Shown piece by piece: positions 53,551-61,008 of a DNA stretch of 61,008 bases; positions within the stretch are counted from its first letter, which is position 1; each line of letters begins with the position of its first letter. The notes under the pieces were generated by a model. That model searched no databases and had not been told where the DNA came from. It worked only from the letters and a program-made list of their open reading frames with translations. The DNA is from Paramecium tetraurelia. Its lineage: Eukaryota. Location of the stretch: positions 186,001 to 247,008 of the forward strand of contig CT868034.1 in assembly GCA_000165425.1 (NCBI GenBank), in the 5' to 3' direction. Both the position numbers and the translations under genes were made by a program.

Positions 53551-56500
53551 ATGTTCGCTACTTAATTAAATCTTTACAAGAGAAGGAATGCTCTAAATGC
53601 AATTCTATTAATTACAATGATTGTAAATGTAACAAATAGAAAAATAGTTTATTCTAAATTGTCAGGATATTTTCCATTATCAAACAATGGTAAAGATTCT
53701 TAGTAATTTTAAGATTGGTCCCTGGATAGTACTTTAACATGCTTATATACTGTCACTACATGTGGGACCTAAAATATCGTCTTTATTGATAATTATTCAA
53801 ACCTTGATAATTCCCTTCTGGGTAATATATTCAACCTTGATCCTCACTATTAAGTCATCATTTCTTTCAAATTTTGGAGGTATTATTTGATTAAATTAGA
53901 ATTGATACATGGAACGATAAGCTCTTTGAAGTATTTGCTGATTAACAAATTAAATATTCTAGATCATTCTCTGACTCTGATACTTTAACAAGCATTTGTC
54001 AAGATGCAACTAAGAGCGATGAATATATAGATATCTCGATTACAATTCCTCATTATAATCCAACTTTATGGATTATTTTAAAAGGTTAAGGATTTCGTTG
54101 GGGAATTTCAGATTTTAATTTACTTATTGATGAATGTGCTCCAGGATGTGTTTCATGTGATTGGTCTGAATGCTACGATTTTAAGTTAGCTGCTATAATT
54201 TCTTCTTGGCTAACATCGGATACCAATATTGTCAAAAAGGAATGTTTGAGTATTTGATTCTGCTATTTAGAATATGCTTTTGAATGGACATATGTGACAT
54301 TTATGGAAACAACACTTAATTTAGATACTCATATAAAGATTACTTCTTATATAAGGTTCATATTAGGAAATGTTATTAATCCAACTCTTACCATAAAAAT
54401 TGATGATTAATTAGTAACTGCATCATAGCAAGTGTAACAAAAGATAATTTGGTCAAAACCTCTTTGTAGTCATATTTAGATTCTAGAGTTAGTAATATCT
54501 AATTATGTACATACAAATCCAACTATCAAAATACGCGCTGATATTATAAAGCCAAAATATGATGCATTAGAAGAATAACCTTATTTTGGTGTGCCAGAAT
54601 ATTCAGTATTTATTATTGTTACAGAAAAAATAAAATAAATTTAATCAGAAGTATTAGGATTACCTTTTGAAGGTTGTTAATTAGATATCCCTAACTTTGT
54701 TGAAGGTTGTGCTTTCTGTGTTAGAAGCATATGCTTACATTGTCAAGAAGGATGGCATTTTACAGAATTAGATCAAAAATGCTAACCAACATGCGGAGAT
54801 TCTAAACTTGTTCAGAATGAAGAATGTGATGATGGCAATCTTATTCCTTATGATGGTTGTTATTAATGCTAATATTCTTGTCCATCGTTTTGTAAGAATT
54901 GCATTAAGGGCAAATGTATCGAATGCAAACAATCCTACTAATTAATTAATGGGTACTGTTTGTTTATATGTCATTAAACAGATAGATATTCTGTTTAATA
55001 AACTGGATGTTTCAATTAAATTGATAATTTTTTAGTAAATGGATATTACTAACATACTTTATTTCATCAAGATAATTTAAAATTTTTTGTTTATTAATTT
55101 TTAGATTGTAACCCTTCACATTATGGGATTTTTGGATATAATTACAACTAATGTAGAGTAAACAATATATTATTGTGCAAAAACTAATTTTGGGACATTT
55201 GTTATGAATGTAAAGAAGGGTTTTAATTAAGTAAAAATATGAAATAGTGTGTCCCAGTATGTAATGATGGTTATAAAGTAGATTTTGAACTCTGTGATGA
55301 TGGCAATCTAATTTAATTTGATGGTTGTTATAAGTGCTAATAAAGTTGCCAATTAGAATGTTCATTTTGCGTTAATTAATTATGTATGAGATGTATAGAA
55401 GGATGGGATCTAATTGAAAATTACTGTTTACCAAATTGTGGAGATGGAATAACAGTTCAAATTGAGTAATGTGATGATGGCAATTAAGAAGCTGATGATG
55501 GCTGTTATGAATGTCAGGCACAATGTTCTAATTGCAAGATATGCAATTATAATAATAATTGTTAAGTTTGTGACGAACACTTCGATTCAGTTGATATGAT
55601 ATGTTTACCTATTTGCGGGGATAATTATATTGAACCAGGTTTAGAGGAATGCGACGATGGCAATCAAAGTTAATATGATGGCTGTTATAATTGTTAATTA
55701 GAATGTGATGCTAGGTGTAGGAGATGCTAATATGGTCTGTGTTAAGATATTTGCAAATTAGATGAATTGGAAATTGATGGAAAATGTATTAAAGCGATTC
55801 CTGAAGAAAAGGATATTATTAATCTTGATGAGTGTCCGAAAGGATGCTAATAATGTTTATATGGTGAGTGCATGTATTGCTTGTCGAATTATCTACTATA
55901 TAAGGGGGTATGTTTATAGATTGAATGCGGAAATGGAATACTTGAACATCTTGAAGAGTGTGATGATGGAAATTTTATAAATAATGACGGCTGTTCCAAT
56001 GAATGTTAAATTGAGAATAGTTGGAATTGCTTTAGTAAGAACACATAAGTTAATTAGTGTTTCTCCATCGCATAAGCTTCTCTTGATTATTTCAATTAGA
56101 CAAAGTATTACCAGTATACAGACATCGATTAATTTCCTACAAAGGATTCATTTAAAATTTTAGGATTATAACCAGATGATTATAATATCAAATGCAATCC
56201 AAAAGTTCTTATTTCATAAAATGAATTTAGAAATATTTAATATGAATTCTAAATTTATTTCAATTACTAAATCGACAGCAAACCTGTATTTAATATTTAG
56301 TTAAATGAAACTATTTTAGATGAAAATAATATGATTGTACCTCCAACTAATATATCAATTGAATTGAAAGTTCCTAAAATTTTAACTAGGTCTCAATTAA
56401 CAGCCTCTAGGACATTAAAGACTGTAGGCAATGGTATGATGATTAGTTTATGCTGTAGTGGCCTTATAAAGTTGCTTTTAGGGAGGTTTTCAGATATAAT

Positions 56501-57911
56501 TTCATTATTAGACATGCTATAATAATAATAGTTTTTAAAATACTTAAATTTTTAATATCCTTAAAATGTTTATGTCTATTTTGAATCCTCAAATTTTATT
56601 ACTTTGCAACCTTTATTAAATTATATAAATTTTCCAGAATTTTATGAAAATATATTATCATAATAGTTTTAATAAAGTATTGGTAAGTTTTAAGAGTATG
56701 AAATAAATGCTGATTTCCTGACCAACATTCAAAGTTTTATATTTTAAATTTTAATAGGATGCAACTGTTACTTATTGCTGTATTTATATGAAAAATTTAT
56801 TTCAAAACACATTTCTTTAGTTAAAATTTTTCAAATTATTCAAAATTCTAGATCAAAATTGATAAAATCTACTTTTATTCATCTTTATTAATTTAAAAGA
56901 AAGAACTTATAAATATAAAGGATCTTCAATAAAAAAGCTTTAATGAATTTCATTTAAGCGAATAGTTAGGATTTAATGTTTAAGGTTGGTTTATTTTTGA
57001 TTTCTAATACGAAGTCTGAAATCAGAGAGAAAGTTTCTTTATTAATTTGTCTTTTTTATCTAGGAAATGTTGTGTTCATCCTCTTTTATGATTTTTCAAA
57101 AAATAAGGGTATGAAACAATTCCCATTAGCTATTCACATTAATCATAAAAAACTAATATTATTTAAATAGTGCTCCTTTCATTTTATATTAACATAAATT
57201 CAATTTTAACCTATACTTCAATGTCTGCTAATATCATTAGTGAATACTACTTATATAACTTTGATATTATTTTTCAAATTTAAAACAGAAAAAATAGAGA
57301 TAATGACTATTTTATCATCTGAAATTCCAATAACAATTTTCATACTCTTAAAATCTCTTATTTTATTATTTAAATAAAATTCACTTTAAATACATAAATA
57401 AAGTTGTTTTAAAAATTTCAGCACAATTAAGTTTTAAGTCATCAAAAAAATAAAAAAAAATAATAAAAATAAAATTAATTTTCATATAATTCAAATAAAA
57501 ATAATAATNNNNNNNNNNNNNNNNNNNNNNNNNNNNNNNNNNNNNNNNNNNNNNNNNNNNNNNNNNNNNNNNNNNNNNNNNNNNNNNNNNNNNNNNNNNN
57601 NNNNNNNNNNNNNNNNNNNNNNNNNNNNNNNNNNNNNNNNNNNNNNNNNNNNNNNNNNAACAGAAAAATAGAGATTTTTCTATTTTATCATCTGAAATTC
57701 CATAACAATTTTTTTACTCTTAAACATCTCTTATTTTGATTATTTAACAGCTTATTTCACTTTAAATACATAAATAAATATTGGATTTGTATAGATTGGA
57801 ATGTTAATTTTCAGTTTGATAGGTCCTTTAACAAAAAGTATTTTTGAGTTTTAGATTAAATATTAATAGTTTATTCTTTCCTGCTTATAGCTCACAGCTA
57901 AATCTAATTGA
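53551..57911 (+). CDS. Large Cys-rich surface membrane protein with Myxococcus-type Cys-rich repeats (DUF4215-like) and a multi-TM C-terminus
   Basis: Five C(G/N)(D/N)x...CDDGN...DGC units near 54790, 55260, 55437, 55614 and 55926, furin-like CxxxCxxC spacers, a hydrophobic N-terminus and a hydrophobic C-terminal third. The 3' end is confused by a gap with duplicated flanks. Confidence 0.8.
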
Positions 57912-57960
57912 AGGAATTTGGTATTTGTCCGCCTAATAGGTGTAAAAAAATAACAAAATA
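57850..57960 (+). mobile_element. IS630/Tc1/mariner transposase remnant (C-terminal catalytic motif)
   Basis: One frame reads LNINSLFFPAYSSQLNLIEGIWYLSAQQV, matching the LFLPxYSPxLNxIExxW motif that carries the E of the DDE triad. No TIRs or upstream Asp motifs were seen. Confidence 0.65.
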
Positions 57961-58029
57961 AATGCATTTAATTTTTAAAGAGATATATCCATGTATTATT
58001 TTAAGAGCCCTTTTATAATCAATTAATTG

Positions 58030-58900
58030 ATAATTTATAATTTAGACCAATTATGATCTTTAGCTACTTGATCAAATTATTTGAGGTTGACTATGTGTAG
58101 ATATTTAAGATGATATGCATCAAGAATTAATCTTTAATTGGCTTTGTGTCCTAATAAGGATGTGCTTAATCAATAGATCAGAATATTCAAGATTAAAGAC
58201 AAAGACAAAAGACTTGAACAATGGGAGAGTTTCTGTATTCATCGACCTCTCCAATGTATACAAAATGATCAGAAGACAAGATATTTTCAAAATTCTCAAA
58301 GAAACTTCAATAAAAATGAAGTATAAATGCTCTTAAATTATACATTTATGATCCTATTACTAGATGTATTGTATGATGCAAGAATGGAGTTCAATAGGGA
58401 TCTCTACTAGTACCATTCTTATTTGATGTTTACTTTAGCCGATTGATTTTGAATCAGAAAGAATAATAAGAGTGAAATTCATTTGTCATAAATTCAAAAA
58501 AAAATCACATCAAATTCTATTTTTATTTAAAGTTCCAAAGGTTTTTGCATATCCTGGATTTTACAGATAACTGAACTAAAGGCAAATACCTTGGGGGGGG
58601 GGGGTGTACAACACCTAGAGGGAATACAAATGAACAAAAAAATATATTAAGGATAAGTTAATTTTCTTAAGCTATCAACTTAAGAATCCAAATTGCATAC
58701 TTCCACAAAGACAATGACCCTACTATGGCTCTCGTATATTAAACCTCATTTTGATTTCATTTCTTTAATGAAGAACTATGAAATTATAGAGATTGAAAAA
58801 TTTAGACTGCTCTAACTAGGGGGTTTATAAAAATTCTTTGTCGACTAAACAACCGCAAACATTCTAATCAATCAATTGTCGAGAAATTCTGTTTGTAACC
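58030..58900 (+). mobile_element. Degenerate non-LTR (LINE) retrotransposon reverse transcriptase fragment
   Basis: RT motifs occur in order across frameshifts: FRPIMIFSYLIKLFE (58041), NQSLIGFVSQQGC, VFIDLSNVYKMIRRQDIFKIL, NGVQQGSLLVPFLFDVY (~58385), KYLG (~58584), LLWLSYIKPHFDF. The catalytic YADD motif is absent. Confidence 0.85.
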
Positions 58901-60019
58901 AATCGTTTCTCACGAAGTAAATAGATGTTAAAATTGCAAGTAATAAAACAAATTGATGGCTGAGGTGTAAAAGTCAAGTTGATGTGAAGATCTAAGAAAG
59001 GAAATGTGAAGGTTCAGCTCTGTCTGCGGAAGCAGATAAAATCAGGGAATAGGATAACTCCCTCGTTTAATAGTATCGCTTTCCAAAAGACTTTTCTCAC
59101 AATGCGGATTACGGGAAAGAGTAAACCACAGGTGGATGAAATGTAAAGTCTTTTGATCATGTAAAAGGCATGACCCTAGATTGTATAAAAATTTTTTACC
59201 ATAACAATTTATATTAATGATTGTACACAATAGTAAGCATTCTGTTTTATTGTATCCACAGATTAGAATTGTTGTATCATTTAAAAGTTTTATCAGCTTT
59301 CAATAAAATTGTGACATTTAGTCAAGAAGATTAGGTTCTTCTGAAGAAGATTAATCGATTTCAAATACTGGAGTAAAATTCATGGAGATTGAATAAAATA
59401 TTTTAATTCAATTTTTTTTGGCATCAAACAATTTAAACTATAAAGTAAAAATATCAAATTATATATTGTAATTTTGCCATCACTGATGTAAGACAAAAAT
59501 CTAACAAGAATAATTTAATACATATGATAATACAATGGATTCAGGCTTCAGGTACGAAATTAGCAGCAAGATATCTGAACTTGCTTGAATCAGTTGATAA
59601 TACTCTAAAAAGTAATTTGTAAAAATTTGTGTAGACTTAGGAAATAAAAAAAGGTGATAGAATTTTAGTTTAAGCTTGAAGTATAATAACATGAACTTAA
59701 TCATAATTAAACATCAGTTTTGGGATTAAAGAAATAAAAAATTGAATCATAATATTTCATAACAATTATGATATGCATTTACATGCATTCTATTATTAAA
59801 AAATATTAATTTATCTTAATGATAACAAGAAGTTTTCTAATTTTTCGTACGATATTTAAAGTACGACTAAATAAATAAAATAAATGAAATTTGAAGTAAT
59901 GTTGATTATTTTAGGTGAATGAAGATTTATTAACTTTGAAATCAAGCTAATTGTTCTAAATGTAGTCTAAAATGAAGGTTCATTATCATCTAAATTTTTG
60001 AAAAGCGTTTATAAAGAAG

Positions 60020-61008
60020 GTTTTATAATTGTTCTATATAATGTTATAATTTGCAAAATCTTAAAAAATAAATATCAATTATGAGTAAATTAAAAAAATT
60101 GTCGATGATTTCCTCAAAAAACCAATTCTAGGGCTTACGCAATGACAATGATGAAGGCAAGGGGGATGGCTATAATGACCAGAGATATTGAAATAGGCCG
60201 TAAACCCTGCTGAGACTTCTGTCTTGGGGGAAGATTTTGATTTGTTAACTTGTAGCTGGAATATACAAATAAACTCTTTTTTTTTGAATGAGAAGAATCC
60301 TCTTAGAAATCGGAGCTTATATTTGGATCATCTAAGAAGGTAACATTTAGTTTAGACCAAAACTACAGATTAGGATTTAAATGGTACTGTAAGGAGTGGA
60401 ATGGAAAATACCTCATGATAGGAATAATGAGATAGATCATGTAAACTTAAAATTCACTAGTAATAATAAAGTATTGGTTACTTATAAATTCTGTTTTGGG
60501 AACATCCATCAGACCATAGAAAAATAGGAATATAACATAACTCTTGGTACTCAAAATATAAACTTAGTATTATCGGGGCGGACATTGATTATGAAGCTAA
60601 GGAAAGAACTTAAATCATAAGATATGATAACTCAGATGATAACAAGGATGGCATAAATAATATTAATTGTATATTTATTCTCAAATTCAACAGAAATTAG
60701 CAGATTATATAAGATTTCATCATCAAAGAAACAGAAGATTTTATAAGGGAGCATAAACCCGTTATTGCAAGGATAAGGTTTACACAAGGGGAATCTATAA
60801 ATTCCTAGTATTTAAATGGAAGTAAGGCCAGGGAAAACTTTTGTGAATGGAATGGGAAGGAAGAACGATTCTAACTTAAAGAGGAATAAAGAAATTTTAT
60901 AGCTATGGGAGAATATAGACTGAGAGAGGATAGGTTAATTTCCATTTAGACATCAAAATATCTCGAAACGGGACGAGGTATCCATATATAATGGACATGA
61001 GAATAATC
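60020..61008 (+). mobile_element. Degenerate non-LTR retrotransposon APE (EEP-fold) endonuclease region, continuing to the window edge
   Basis: Motifs in order: IVLYNV (~60028), RNDNDEGK-GMAIMT (~60138-60180), NEIDHV (~60427), HPSDHRKI (~60503). They match the APE NV, R..GG.AI, IDx and SDH motifs. Many frameshifts are present. Confidence 0.65.

Noticed and set aside
39455..57658. ORFs containing X runs
   Set aside because: Artefacts of the N gaps at 39455-39604, 41691-41840, 44188-44337, 45599-46065, 51162-51399 and 57509-57658.
57284..57780. ~120-bp direct duplication either side of the last gap (57284-57400 and 57659-57780)
   Set aside because: Looks like an unmerged contig overlap with degraded read ends rather than a biological repeat or target-site duplication.
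58593..58604. G12 run, possible telomere seed or G-quadruplex
   Set aside because: It is a single homopolymer inside the RT relic after KYLG, not TT(T/G)GGG repeats. Slippage or a sequencing artefact is likely.
1..61008. tRNA, rRNA, CRISPR arrays, telomeric repeat tracts
   Set aside because: None were recognised by eye. A covariance-model scan would be needed to exclude small ncRNAs.

Overview
This is AT-rich ciliate DNA, almost certainly a Paramecium macronuclear-type assembly. TAA and TAG read as Gln, TGA is the only stop, and introns are tiny (20-30 nt), so the supplied standard-code ORF track breaks up the real genes. The left third holds two ~7-kb A/B/G-type variable surface antigen genes arranged tail-to-tail (2492-9448 +, 15970-23120 -). 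Their 5' and 3' parts are highly similar and their central tandem repeats differ. A Rab11-like GTPase lies between them, and the first gene is flanked by a decayed direct repeat. The middle holds a PP2A pseudogene, a CCDC81-like gene, an archaeal-type alanyl-tRNA synthetase, a Tul1/FLY1-like RING membrane gene, a TMBIM-like membrane gene and a highly divergent alpha-like tubulin. Further right are MORN-like, WD40 and TPR repeat genes, a small secreted crystallin-like protein and a large Cys-rich (CGDG...ECDDGN) membrane protein. The last ~3 kb is transposon debris: an IS630/Tc1 motif, a non-LTR reverse transcriptase fragment and a non-LTR APE endonuclease fragment. There are six N gaps and many single-base insertions that look like sequencing errors. 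All translations and alignments were done by eye, so coordinates of decayed elements are approximate.
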